Positions 30,123-41,410 are shown, counted from the stretch's first letter. The stretch: 64,000 nucleotides of DNA from a virus (IMGVR_UViG_3300028591_000102:24579-88578); one strand, 5' to 3'. Notes: generated from the sequence alone by a model not told the origin. A program made the numbers and translations.

Positions 30123-30235
30123 AGTGTGTAACCTCCACTACTTAATTTGTCCCTTCGGACAAGTATATACTATCATAATTTGCACGAAAAAGCAAATCTT
30201 TTCTTAGATGTTTGACATCTAAGTTTTCCTATGGC

Positions 30236-30430
30236 TCAATAGCCATAGGGTGGATACTGATTCAGCTTGCAGCTGGCAGCTGTCCTGGTTCTAGCTGCCC
30301 TAGCTGTCTCAGCTATCACAGCCGCACCGAAGCCAGCCGCGGCAAGACCAAGCAATAACCATATAGAGCCACTAACAGCCCCCAATATCATTCCACACAT
30401 GACCAATCCCCCTGCGATACCGATAACCAT
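30236..30430 (-). CDS. Small membrane protein
   Basis: Two hydrophobic segments. Confidence 0.55.
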   Translation of the reverse strand: MVIGIAGGLVMCGMILGAVSGSIWLLLGLAAAGFGAAVIAETARAARTRTAASCKLNQYPPYGY

Positions 30431-30583
30431 GCCCGCGGCCTCCCTTCTAATGATACTTATTATATACCAATAGTGACATGACTGTCAAGAAAAAACTTAG
30501 ATGTCTAACATCTAAGTTATATAACGGTTACATCAAAAAGTGCGGTGGTTACTTCCACCGCACCATGTACAATTCTCCTCCTC

Positions 30584-30820
30584 TCAGTGTTGAAAGTAGA
30601 TGCAGGGTTGACCCTTGTAATTTTCGAAGGCGTACCACTTCGTGACCCCGTCCCGACAGAAACCGAAGTTAAGGCTTTCACCAAGGAGGCAGATTGGGCT
30701 GTAGATGTTCCAGTAACCAATTTCTTCAGCATCTTCAAGCCACTCTTCCCGGGTATCGTAGCCGTCCGCCTTCGCCACCATTGTTTGAATCTGTTCGATA
30801 GTCATCACGATGCGTTTCAT
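30584..30820 (-). CDS. Hypothetical protein
   Basis: MKRIVM start after AGAGGAG RBS. Confidence 0.65.
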   Translation of the reverse strand: MKRIVMTIEQIQTMVAKADGYDTREEWLEDAEEIGYWNIYSPICLLGESLNFGFCRDGVTKWYAFENYKGQPCIYFQH

Positions 30821-31054
30821 AGCTTGTTTCTCCTCTCTTTTTTGGTGCTTTGTCCTTCTCAATGGGGTTTGGGAGGGAATTTCACCCTCCCTATGGCGTG
30901 TTTGCTCTCGCAGGTTGCCGTCCTCGCCCGTTTAACTTTTGTGGGCTCGCATAGCTACCGTTGCCCTTTACCGTCCCCGAGACCCCGTAGCCGTGGCACC
31001 CTCGGCAGGACACTTGAGCTCCCTTGGGAATCATCCCCCTTCTCTCGCCCTGGC

Positions 31055-31381
31055 TCACTCATCGAGCCAGGGCTTGCCGCAGTAGGCGTTGTAGGTCATG
31101 CCGCAGGATGCGGCGCACCACTCCAGATAGTCCTCATCGGTAATCTCGAAGTCATCATCCGCCATGTCGAGTTCGAGCTCATCGTCATCGTCGAAGAAGG
31201 CTTCGAGGTCGGCAGAGGAGGACTCATTGTCCTCCTCCTCGAACACCTCAACAAACTCGTTATCCTTCTTGACATAGTGATCAAGCCAATTCATGGCGGC
31301 AAGGTAGCTTGTGAAGCCAGTGGCGATCACGTGGGTGTCATAGGTGCTGTCGAGCGTGGCGAGCTTCTTGATGCTGTACAT
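31055..31381 (-). CDS. Acidic hypothetical protein
   Basis: Asp/Glu-rich tract; GC-rich codons. Confidence 0.7.
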   Translation of the reverse strand: MYSIKKLATLDSTYDTHVIATGFTSYLAAMNWLDHYVKKDNEFVEVFEEEDNESSSADLEAFFDDDDELELDMADDDFEITDEDYLEWCAASCGMTYNAYCGKPWLDE

Positions 31382-31411
31382 AATTTTTTTCTCCTTTCTG
31401 TCGTGGGGACC

Positions 31412-31627
31412 TCAGTGGCGAGGTCCCCGGTAGGTGGTCAGCTTGCAGGTGATACCCTCAGCTTCCAGTACGAGGGCGGCACTCTCAAGGTCATCGGACT
31501 GACCCCAGAAGGTCAGCCACTTGCGACCGTGGCAGATTTCCATGAGCCAGAACGCATGTATACAGGACATCATCAGCTCATGACTCACCGTTTTTTCAAC
31601 GGCCAGCTTGTAATATACCTTTTTCAT
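31412..31627 (-). CDS. Hypothetical protein
   Basis: 71 aa, RBS AAGGAGAG. Confidence 0.6.
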   Translation of the reverse strand: MKKVYYKLAVEKTVSHELMMSCIHAFWLMEICHGRKWLTFWGQSDDLESAALVLEAEGITCKLTTYRGPRH

Positions 31628-31656
31628 AATGTTCTCTCCTTTGTTTTTGTTGTTGA

Positions 31657-32411
31657 GGAAGCTATGCCCTTACGAGGACGGCGGTTTGGTTAGGTTGGGC
31701 AGGGCTTTCGCCCTGCCCCTGTGGTCAGCGCTCCCACCGAGGGTCACGCCCGAGGACGTTGGTGCAGAAGTCCCAGAGACACATCGCCCGAGGGTCACTC
31801 TGCAACCCTGCCCAGAACTGCTTGATATACATGCTCTGGATGTTGATAGCGGTCCGAGTTGAGTTGTTGAACTTTGTAGCTGTTTCCCAACCGCTACCAC
31901 GACTGCCGTGGCAATATTCCTCAAGCATATCGAGGAAATCTTCCCGAGTGGCAACCATGTAGCCCTGCGCCATCTTAAAGCGATTGGTGAGGTCAGCTTT
32001 GACACGATAAACCACGTAGTCAACACCGACCAAACACAGGTCACGGTCACGCTCATCGAAGCAGTCCATGTCGAGGTTGCAAGCATAGGCAATAGAGCCA
32101 CCGCCGTGCTTGACCTCGATGGTCAGCTTATTGCCGTAGCGGTCACGGGTGCAAATATCGTCCCGATTCGCGCCACGAGCGCGCAGGTCGCCGGAGCGGG
32201 TGATACCCTCAACGTTGAGCATATCCCGCAAGTCACGCTCAGCCCTCTTAGCATCCACGCCAGTGGACGCCTTTGCCTTTTCGGCAATGAAACGAGCGTC
32301 GGACAGCTCCCACTCAGCGGAGCGGTTGGAGTTGGTCAAACGAACAGATTTAATCATGAGATAATCCCCTTTCATCTTTTCGTAGCTCGCCCTCGTAAGG
32401 GCATAGCTTCC
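31657..32411. repeat. 21-bp perfect inverted repeat pair flanking one gene
   Basis: GGAAGCTATGCCCTTACGAGG at 31657-31677 and its reverse complement at 32391-32411. Confidence 0.9.
31725..32357 (-). CDS. Putative PD-(D/E)XK nuclease-fold protein
   Basis: E(RDLR)...RDDICTRD...TIEVKHG spacing fits the restriction-endonuclease-like catalytic motif. Confidence 0.5.
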   Translation of the reverse strand: MIKSVRLTNSNRSAEWELSDARFIAEKAKASTGVDAKRAERDLRDMLNVEGITRSGDLRARGANRDDICTRDRYGNKLTIEVKHGGGSIAYACNLDMDCFDERDRDLCLVGVDYVVYRVKADLTNRFKMAQGYMVATREDFLDMLEEYCHGSRGSGWETATKFNNSTRTAINIQSMYIKQFWAGLQSDPRAMCLWDFCTNVLGRDPRWER

Positions 32412-32699
32412 CCATGAAATTCTGTAGACTGTGCAGTTGTCAAGGTTCAGGCTGATTTTTCACGCTTCAGTCTATGCCAAGCGATTTCCGACTTTGCCTT
32501 CGGGGCGTTTGCCCTTCCGACAGTGACAGTATATAGCCGTTTGCCCCATTTGTCAAACATCTAAACCGAGCCGAGCCGACTTGTCTTTTTTGGTAGCGTT
32601 TTTGACCATATCCCCCATATTTTTGGGATTTTGAACGACACATGCGAACGCGGCAGGGGGGCCCTCCCACATTTCCACCGCAGAATTCAAATTTAATAT

Positions 32700-32729
32700 T
32701 TGACAACATAACCTTTAAAATGTTATAAT
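32700..32729 (+). promoter_or_regulatory. sigmaA-type promoter for the morphogenesis operon
   Basis: TTGACA-18-TATAAT with TG extended -10, upstream of RBS AAGGAGG. Confidence 0.6.
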
Positions 32730-32750
32730 AAAAGAAAGGAGGTGGAAGCC

Positions 32751-34097
32751 TTGAGAAAACAATATTCATTAGATTATTCAATTGAGCGCGATACAGACCG
32801 CGTCGCCGCAATTTACGAAATCTTAGACGGCTTGGAAAAAGACCCAAATCCAACCGACTTAGAACAAATGGCATCATATATATTATATGGCAAGGATGAG
32901 AATGGGAAAAATTCCATTCAAAGAAACGAAACCACAGACGACGGTCAAAAACGCTACAATACATTCCAACGTGCATCCGAAAAAGTAATGTCATTAGATG
33001 AATTGTTGGAAAATCCACTATTTGACCATGAACAAATAAAGTCGCCGCATAAGCGTGATCCATATAAAAAACCAACCCGTACAATCCATCGTCCAAAGTA
33101 CGACAAGAAAACTGGCGAAATGATAGATCCCGGTGACTCCGATATTCCCGGTATGGTACAACTATGGGACAGTATCGATCGTCTTGATAAATGGATTATG
33201 CAACTAGAAGGTAAGATTCCGCCAGATGAAGATACCCTACTATTTGATGATTCGTACCGCTTATATCGTTTAAAGCACTCATTGGTGGATTTGCGCCGAA
33301 CCCAATACGACCTACTCGACAGCTATAAACCCGTATTACATTTCCAAAATATGGATCATCCAAAAACCCAATTCTATGATTTAAGTTCAGATTCATTCTA
33401 CTGGGTTTCACCAGAATTATGGCAAAAGAAAGTTACTGAAGCTTATTCAAGCCGCGTATCAAAAGATATAAGGGACTATGAAACAAGAATTAATGAGAAG
33501 GGTGAAACAGAAATTAAATGGGTTGTATATAGACATACTTTCGATTGGCGCGACCCCAAACACGTTTTAGCCTTTATTAATAATTATTCGGAATTGAAGT
33601 TGCAAGTATGGGAAAAATTAGATACGTATTCACGCACTCTTTTTTGGGACTTTGATCGTTATCGTAAGCTTGCGGGTATATCTCCAATAAAAAATTTTAT
33701 GCTTGATTGCAAATTGCAAAAGATTCCCTACGAAGATATTATTGAAGAGGTACAACGTATATTTGGAGTAGATTTTCACTTAAATCATTTATCAACAATT
33801 TTTACAAATGAGATTCCACGTAAAATCTCACGAATTGCGGCAAAACTTCAAATGGAATAGGAAACGCCAGAAGAAGAAAAAATTGAATGTTAGAGATGCG
33901 GAAAAAAATTTCCCTTGGATCCTTTGTTTTTTAGTTACAATAGAGCAAGGAAAACTGGCTTTGCACGATATTGTAAAGACTGTGAAAAATTAATTAGAAT
34001 AGAAAAGGGAGTTGTTGCAGAACATGACAAACGTGAAAAAATGTCTCAAGTGCAAATAGGAGAAACCTATAGAAGCCTTCCAAAGCACTCCATCTAA
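32751..34097 (+). CDS. Hypothetical protein with C-terminal Zn finger, TAG=Gln
   Basis: TTG start; reading two TAGs extends the ORF to C[TAG]RC...CKDC and TAA at 34095. Confidence 0.8.
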
Positions 34098-34962
34098 ATT
34101 CTTTCCAGGCGGAAAATGTTATATTTGTACACCATGTCTTGAGACAATGGTGAAGCAGGATAATTTGGGCGAGGTTGACCGTTTGATGAGATGGCTTGAC
34201 CTCCCATTTGACCTCAATAAGTGGACACAGCTTTATGCGCAACACCAAGACCATACGCTTACCGCATACTTCAATTTATTATATGATGACCACTACGAGC
34301 CTTTGCGTTGGGCTGATGAGAATGAAAGATGGCGGCTCGCGCGCGAAGCTGATACCATTAATGATGAAATTAAAGTACTTGGAGAAGCAAAATTAAAATA
34401 GTTAAGAAAAGTTTGGTCAGGTGCTTATAAGCCCGAATAGTTATTATGGTTAGAGAATTTTTATAATAATATTGTTGCTACATAGAATGTATCTACCCCT
34501 ATATTGTAGGAAAAAGCAAGAGACTTCTGTGAATTGCAATTACATATTAAGGAAGGACTACGTAATAACGTTGATGTATCGAAAATGATGAAATAGGCAG
34601 ACGATATTGTAAAGACATATAATTTTACTGCAAATAATGCAAAATCTGCGGCCGATTTCGAATCAGTTGGAGAGTTAATGGTTTATTATGGCAAGAAAGG
34701 ATGGCATCCAAATTGGCATACAGAACCGCAAGATTCCATAGACTTCATGATGGAAAATATTTAGAATTATTTGAAGCGGTTGGTAATAAATGAGGGTAAT
34801 TTTGCAGAACAAGTTGAAGATAAGAAAGCAAGATATAATATGACGGAAAGATTAGAAGAGATAGAAAACGAAAAAGTGGAATTTGACGAAACAGCAGATA
34901 TTGAATATGAAGGTGATGATGATCTAGCCACCGAACTGTAGGGAGGGGGTATAGATGAATGA
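34024..34962 (+). CDS. Zn-finger protein, possible terminase small subunit, TAG=Gln
   Basis: MTNVKKCLKCK[TAG]EKP...CYICTPC; directly upstream of and overlapping the large terminase; function inferred from position. Confidence 0.6.
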
Positions 34963-36736
34963 TTTTGGCGAAATTGTTATGCGAGATGGAATACCAATTG
35001 AAAAAGGTATAGTTCTCACAAAAGAATATTTAGATAATAATTAGGAATTGTTTACTAAATATTTAAATTTTTGGATTAAATATCCAGACTTATTTTTAGA
35101 CGCAATCTAGGACTCAACTGATGCAATTAATTTTCATTTAAAGCCCTTCCAACGTATTGCTTTGCGTGCAAGTATGCGTTACAGATATCATTTTTGGACA
35201 GCGACACGTGCAACATCCAAGTCGTTTACAGCGTATCTTAGTGCGCTAGTTCGTGCCGTATTGCTACCAAACTCAACCCTAATGATTGTATCTGATACAA
35301 AGGGTACAGTTATTAAGATTGCAGAAGCAAAGTTTGAAGAAATTTTTCGCCATTGGCCCTTACTTCGTAATGAATTAAAAACAAGAGCAGATGATGGTAA
35401 AACAGGTATTAAATCTAGTTCTAACTATTATGAGATTTATTTAAAGAATGGAAGCATGATTAGTGTTATTTCTAAAGATACTTCTCGTGGTCTTCGTGCT
35501 ACTGGAGCGGTCCTGGAAGAGTGCGCTCTAATTGATGAAGTGCCATTCAACGAAGTTATTTGGCCGCAAATGAACATTCCAAGAGTTGAAGTTGATGGAA
35601 CTAGAAATCCTGATGAGCCTGCGGCGTCTCAGACTTTTATTACCACTGCGGCAGAACGTACTGTATTTATGTATTAGAAATTAATTGAAATTACTGTTAA
35701 TGCTGTATTGCGCCCGAAAGAATATTTTAGCTGGGGTCTATCATATGAGGTACCCCTACATTATGGGCTTTTAAGTAAAGAGACCCTAATGGACTAGCGT
35801 TATTCTAATACCGTTAGTGAAGATTCATTCGCGCGCGAATCATTATCAATTTGGTCTGGTAACTCAAAAGATGCGTGGTTAGATTCAAAACGTTTAAATC
35901 GACATCGTTCTTTACTTAAATGTGAAAGACAGGCAATTACATTACCACCCGGCGCATTTTATTTAATTGGATGCGACGTTGGCCGTTATAGCGCGAATAC
36001 TGCTATTATGGTAATTAAGGTATTGCCTGGGGACCAGCGTTTTAGGAAAAATGTAGTCTATACAGAAGTTATTAATGGTGCCAACTATATCACAGAATAG
36101 GCACCACGATTAAAGAAATTAATTTAGCTGTATAATCCGCGTGAAATTGTTATTGACGGTAATGGGCCTGGTATTGGATTAATGGATGCTATGGTTCTTC
36201 CTTCAACCGATGCGAAGACTGGCGAATCTTTTCCAGCATATTATACATTTAATGATGAAAATCATTTGCCGCCAGAATTACGTGAGGAAGAAAGTGAACC
36301 GGTTGAAAAATATAACGCTATTATATATGATATAAAAGCAGGCGCATCAAATGAAGATGCAATTAATTCTGCATTTGTATCATCTATAAATAATGGTTCT
36401 ACCTCATTTTTAGCACATGAGCGCGTGGTTAAAGATAAATTAATGAAAACAAAAAAAGGACAAAAAATGACATCTTATGATAGGCGTAAGTTTTTACTTC
36501 CGTATGAAATGACATCTCGATTGATGGATGAACTTAACAACTTGCGGCTTAAGGCTACGGGTGTAGAAAATAAATATAAAGTTGAACGAATCTCAAAAAC
36601 TCTTGAAAAAGATAGATTCTCTGCTTTAGAGTATGCGCTTTATAGAATAAAATATTATGAAGACAAAGAAATTTTAAAGAAACGAAGAAAAAAGGTAATT
36701 TAGTATGCTTTCTTCAGTCCTAAAAATAGGGGGTGA
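34955..36736 (+). CDS. terL: Terminase large subunit, TAG=Gln
   Basis: ATPase motifs TATRATSKSF and VLEECA; RuvC-like IGCDVGR, IVIDGNGPG, KDRFSALEY in a single frame. Confidence 0.9.
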
Positions 36737-36741
36737 GAATT

Positions 36742-38289
36742 TTGGAAAATCAGAATAAAAATAGATTTCAAAATTTTTAGTCTATGGCTAAAAGATATTA
36801 GATTACACACGTGCCAATGGACAGCCGCCAATATATTGGACGCTGGGGCAACTTTAGAGGAAATAGTGTTGCTAGACGAGAATTTACTGTTGAAGAAATA
36901 GAAGAAATTATTCGTTCTGGAAGTGTTGAAGAATTAAGAGAATTATCTAGATATTTCTATAGAACAAATAGTTTATATCGTATGAATATAGATATTCTTG
37001 CAAGTCTTCCTCTATATTATACCATGGTCACCCCTATTTTCGAGAATGGTAAAGGTTCTTAGACACAAATTATTAAAGCATTTTATAATGCTTGTATGTT
37101 TGTGGAAAAACTTGATGTAAGAAACACATTATTTAGAATTACTAAAGAATGGCTTAAATAGGGGTTATATTGCGGTATTCTTCAAGAAAAGGATGGAAAA
37201 GTGGTATTAGTAGATTTACCTATCAGTCATACACGAACTCGTTTTAAAGATTTTAATAATTTAAATGTATTGGAATTTAATCTTACATATTTTAATTTTA
37301 AATATTCTGACGAAACAGAGCGTGAATAGGCGGTTCTTACTTTTCCAGAAATTGTGCAGAAAGCATGGCGCGATTGGAAAAAGGGTAGAATGGAAGATTC
37401 GTGGATTATGATTCCTGCGGCAAGTGGCGGTGTTAGCTTTTGTTTTGCTGAAGATCAATCTCCAATCCTTATTGCAGCTTTACCATCATTGGTTCATTTA
37501 AAAGATGCTGAAGGACGTGAAGAGCGGCGTGATGAAAATGAATTATATAAATTATTAATTCAACAAATGCCAATTGATAGTAATGGTGAATTAGTATTTG
37601 AATTAGAAGAAATTGAACAAATTCATGCAGGAGTGGCAGAAATGTTGCAGTAGCTTGATACAGTTGATGTATTAACTACAGTAGGCGAAGCCAGATTAGA
37701 AAATTTATAGGATTCTTCTGCTGCGACTCAATCTGCTAATCGTATTGAAAAATATGATAAGTAGGCTTGGGATAATCTTGGCCGTAGTTCATTATTATTT
37801 AATGCAAACAATAGTTCATCACTAGCTTATGCAATTAAAAAAGACGAAAGTCTAATGAAGGGATATTTAACCGCATATGATACTTGGATTAGATTCTTAA
37901 TTAATCAAAGATTTGCAAGAACAGGCCTTACATTTGACTTTGAAATTTTGCCTATTACTATTTTTAATCAAAAAGAATATCATGCAGATGCATTATCCGG
38001 TGCTCAATTTGGATATTCTAAAATGAAGGCGGGAGTAGCTTTAGGAATAAAACAAATTAATCAATTAAGTTTAATTACATTTGAAAATGAATTTTTAAAG
38101 ATGCATGAAAAAATGATTCCTCTTATGTCATCATATACACAAGGTGGAAATGAAAAAAATAATTCTACAAAAGAAAAAAGTAGTAATAGTGGCGGCGGAA
38201 AAAACATAACTAATACAGGAGGTCGTCCAGAGCTTCCCGATGAAGAAAAATCAGAAAAAACCCGCGCGAATATTGATTCAATGGGTTAA
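36742..38289 (+). CDS. Portal protein, TAG=Gln
   Basis: ~515 aa in one frame (ORF fragments 36811, 37354, 37855 share it); lies between terL and scaffold; C-terminal GGRPELPDEEKS motif. Confidence 0.8.
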
Positions 38290-38301
38290 GGAGGCATATG
38301 T

Positions 38302-39609
38302 ATGAGTAAAAGAACAATTCCAGTTTACTTTGATAATGCAATTATCATGTCTCCCGTAGAACAAATAGCAGAGGGAAGTGGCTTAAACCGTTTAAGAGTT
38401 GGGGTATTTACAAAATACGGCAATCGCAATGGTTCCTATATTACTGATGCTGTTGCAGAACGTTTAATTGAAAGCGCGACAAAGGGAGATACACCAGTCG
38501 TTGGATTTTTTGATCCAGAGTCTAAGGGCTGGGCAGGTCATACTGGACCTACATTAGCCAATGGTTATGGTTATGTAGAAAATTTTGAAGGGTGGGAACC
38601 TTTCCAAGATAGCGATGGAATTACACGCGATTATGCAGTATTTTCCGTTGTATTATTCACAAGATATTTTGATGAGGCCAATTTTGTAATTGGTCAAAAT
38701 CAAAGTATGGAATTAGATATTAACTCAATCGAGGGCGATTGGGCTGATATAGATGGTATTGAGTATTTCGTTTATACTCAAGCTGATATTATGGGTTTAT
38801 GTATTATTGGTAATCATGAACCTTGCTTCTCGGTATCTGCTTTCTTTGAGAAGAAAGATAGCGAGTATGCAACACAATATGAGAAGTTCTCTTCACTTCT
38901 AGCTGATGTTAAGGCGCGAGTAGAAGAGGCTGAAAAGAATCTAGAAGGAGGGGAACATCAGATGGAAAATGAACTCAATCCCGAAGTAAACACTGAGACC
39001 ACTCCTGAGCAGGAACCTGTTCAAGAGCCTGCTAACCAGGAGCCAGAAGCTCCAGCTGATCCTCAAGAGGAACCAGCGGCAGAACCTGCAGCAGAGCCTG
39101 CTGCTGAACCTGTCCAAGAACCTGAAGAAAATTCTGAAGGTCAGGAGCCAGAGCAAGAAGAAGAGCAAGAAGAGCCAGAAGATGCGGCCGCAAACGCAGA
39201 TTTCGAAGCACAGATTGCTGAACTTCAAACTCAATTAAATGAACTAACTACTAATTATGAAAACGCACAAAACCGTATTGCAGAGTTAGAAGCCCAGATT
39301 ACATCCGCGTCTGAGACTGAAACCGCACTACGTAATGAGATTGCTACTTATGAAGCAGAGCGTTCTCGTCTAGAAGTAGAACAAAGAAATGCACTCGTTG
39401 CACGCTATGAGAATGAATTAGATACAGAGTCTCTCGCAGAGGTGCGTGAGCATCTAAATGAATATTCTCTAGAAGCATTAGAGAGCAAATTGGCAATTAT
39501 GTATGCCAATAAACACATGGCTGGCAGTGCTAACAATGATGTAGTTCCACTACCAGAACCCGTTGTTGATGAATTCGCGTTATTTATGCAAAAATATCGC
39601 AAGAACTAA
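38302..39609 (+). CDS. Prohead protease/scaffold protein
   Basis: N-terminal globular domain (QSMEL, GLCIIG..EPCF), acidic Pro-rich linker, coiled-coil C-terminus; no TAG. Confidence 0.7.
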   Translation: MSKRTIPVYFDNAIIMSPVEQIAEGSGLNRLRVGVFTKYGNRNGSYITDAVAERLIESATKGDTPVVGFFDPESKGWAGHTGPTLANGYGYVENFEGWEPFQDSDGITRDYAVFSVVLFTRYFDEANFVIGQNQSMELDINSIEGDWADIDGIEYFVYTQADIMGLCIIGNHEPCFSVSAFFEKKDSEYATQYEKFSSLLADVKARVEEAEKNLEGGEHQMENELNPEVNTETTPEQEPVQEPANQEPEAPADPQEEPAAEPAAEPAAEPVQEPEENSEGQEPEQEEEQEEPEDAAANADFEAQIAELQTQLNELTTNYENAQNRIAELEAQITSASETETALRNEIATYEAERSRLEVEQRNALVARYENELDTESLAEVREHLNEYSLEALESKLAIMYANKHMAGSANNDVVPLPEPVVDEFALFMQKYRKN

Positions 39610-39622
39610 GGAGGAATAAATC

Positions 39623-40264
39623 ATGGGTAAATATGCAAGATTTCCTATTACCAATGTTGTGGGCGATCTAGTTGCACAGCATCGTGATCCCGATGAAAAG
39701 CTCTATGCCAGCCTCGAACTAAACCAAGTAGCTTTCCCAAAGACTGGTATGGTTGTTTCTCAGACTCCACTTGGAACTGCTTTTACGAAGGCTGCTCCTT
39801 GTGAGAATGGTATGTGGGTCGTAGGCGATAAGGCCGCTGGTGTGATTAATCCACCCGCCAATGCAACCGACGCTCCAATTGGTATTGTTTATACTACAGA
39901 AAAAGAATATGATCGTGAACATTATGGTCTACAACGCTTCGGCCGCAAGATCGCTGGGGATTATCCTCGTGTTGGTCTATTCGGCATTGGCGATACAGTA
40001 ACTACTAACTGCTTACAGTATAGTACTGATAATTTCGCTAACGAAGCAGCATTATTAAATGCTTTAAAGGCAGATTTAACCAAGGCTGCTACTGCTCTAT
40101 ATGTAGTTCCTGGCGTAAATTCTGATTTAGCTGATGCTTCTGCAAAGGCTGTTCCAGAAATCGTTAAGAGCGCTCCACAGAGTGGTATTTATGGCCGTAT
40201 TACTAAATTCTATACGATTCCTAACGGCGGCATCGGCGTTAAGTATCAGATTATTAGAGTATAA
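39623..40264 (+). CDS. Capsid decoration/minor head protein
   Basis: Between scaffold and major capsid gene; ELNQV, CENGM motifs. Confidence 0.6.
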   Translation: MGKYARFPITNVVGDLVAQHRDPDEKLYASLELNQVAFPKTGMVVSQTPLGTAFTKAAPCENGMWVVGDKAAGVINPPANATDAPIGIVYTTEKEYDREHYGLQRFGRKIAGDYPRVGLFGIGDTVTTNCLQYSTDNFANEAALLNALKADLTKAATALYVVPGVNSDLADASAKAVPEIVKSAPQSGIYGRITKFYTIPNGGIGVKYQIIRV

Positions 40265-40279
40265 TTGGAGGTGCGACTT

Positions 40280-41377
40280 ATGAATAGACTACAAGCTTTA
40301 ATGAACGGCGTATTCGGTCGTGCCGTTCCTGCGGAATTTTCTGCAGAAGAATACGATTATGAAGCCGCTCTCCGTGATGAATTAGCGAAGCTAATGACTA
40401 AGGATGGCGTACACTTCAATCGTCACGTCTTCAATCGTAATAAGGAAGACGTATTTGAACTCTTAGAAGAGAATCTATAGGAAGTTTTACCACAGAACGT
40501 AAAGAGTGCTCTCGATATGTTCGTTGAGGTAAAGAATTATGCTCAGGGCACTCGCCCAGAGTTCCGTGTAATTCGCGGAAAGCAACGCGGCAAGCAGTTC
40601 GTTACTCGTGCTACCGAATCTGGTAACTATGAGACCTTCCGTCTTGATCGTGACCGTTTTGACGTATATATCCAGGCTATCGGTGGCGCTGGATACGTAG
40701 ACTTCGAGCGTTATCTCGATGGTCTTGAGTCCATGACCGATATCTACGAAGTAATCCAAGAGGGTATCGTAGATCGTCTATTCGAAATGGTACAGGAATG
40801 CTTACTAGCTTCTTGGAATGCTGCTGGTCGTCCAGTACGCAACAAGGTTGCCGCTAATAGCTTCAATCCTGTAGCTATGAAGAAACTCTGCAACACCGTT
40901 GCACCATATGGCAGCCCAATCATTTACTGCACTCCTGAGTTTGCAGCTGAAATGGTTAATGCTATTATCTATAACAACACCACCAAGATTTCTGATGTTG
41001 ATATGCAGGAAGTTCGCGATCGTGGTTACATCGGCAAGTTCCAGGGCGTTCCAGTTGTTGTAATGCCTCAGTCCTTCACCGATGAGAAGAATGAGAAATT
41101 ACTCTTCAACCCATCTTTCGCATACGTACTACCAGCTGGCAAGGAAAAGATTATCAAGATGGCTTTCGAAGGCTCTCCTTACTTCCGTGAGTGGGATGAC
41201 CATGAGGGCGATAATCAGTTCACCTTACAGGGCTACGTAAAAGTTGGTGTTGGTCTATTCACTACTCCTAATTATTGGGGTATCTATTACAATAGTGCTC
41301 TCGATGATGGTTCTGGCTGGGAAGAATATAACCAGGCTCTAGTTCCTACCTTCGATGATGGTACTGCTAATTCTTAA
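40280..41377 (+). CDS. Major capsid protein (HK97-like), one in-frame TAG
   Basis: Fragments 40265 and 40517 share a frame, joined across TAG 40478; 365 aa; GYIGKFQGVPVVVMPQSF motif. Confidence 0.85.
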
Positions 41378-41386
41378 TGAATTGTA

Positions 41387-41410
41387 AGGGGAGGGAGTAA
41401 TCCCTCCCCT
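41387..41410 (+). terminator. Hairpin terminator after the capsid gene
   Basis: GGGGAGGGA-GTAA-TCCCTCCCC. Confidence 0.65.

Larger units (their letters stand above)
10401..30515. repeat. Dispersed family of 36 palindromic 19-mers TTAGATGT-nnn-ACATCTAA (putative operator/cassette boundary)
   Basis: Starts: 10401,10942,12281,13212,14093,14799,15462,16209,17106,18775,19894,20198,20751,21190,22079,22685,23320,24020,24516,24874,25250,25566,25973,26321,26672,27125,27476,27879,28298,28608,28865,29175,29618,29929,30204,30497; all intergenic; degenerate half-copy near 32546-32564. Confidence 0.97.

Noticed and set aside
10401-30515. CRISPR array reading of the repeated palindrome
   Set aside because: Intervals are irregular (about 250 bp to 1.7 kb) and contain promoters and genes rather than 30-40 bp spacers; no cas genes in the window
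10401-30515. Classical integron attC cassette array
   Set aside because: No integrase in the window; sites are short perfect palindromes without attC bulges or GTTRRRY cores; cassettes carry their own promoters. Recombination by another route remains open
30545-31693. 382-aa plus-strand ORF
   Set aside because: Antisense shadow of GC-rich minus-strand genes that have RBSs; no RBS of its own and unprotein-like composition
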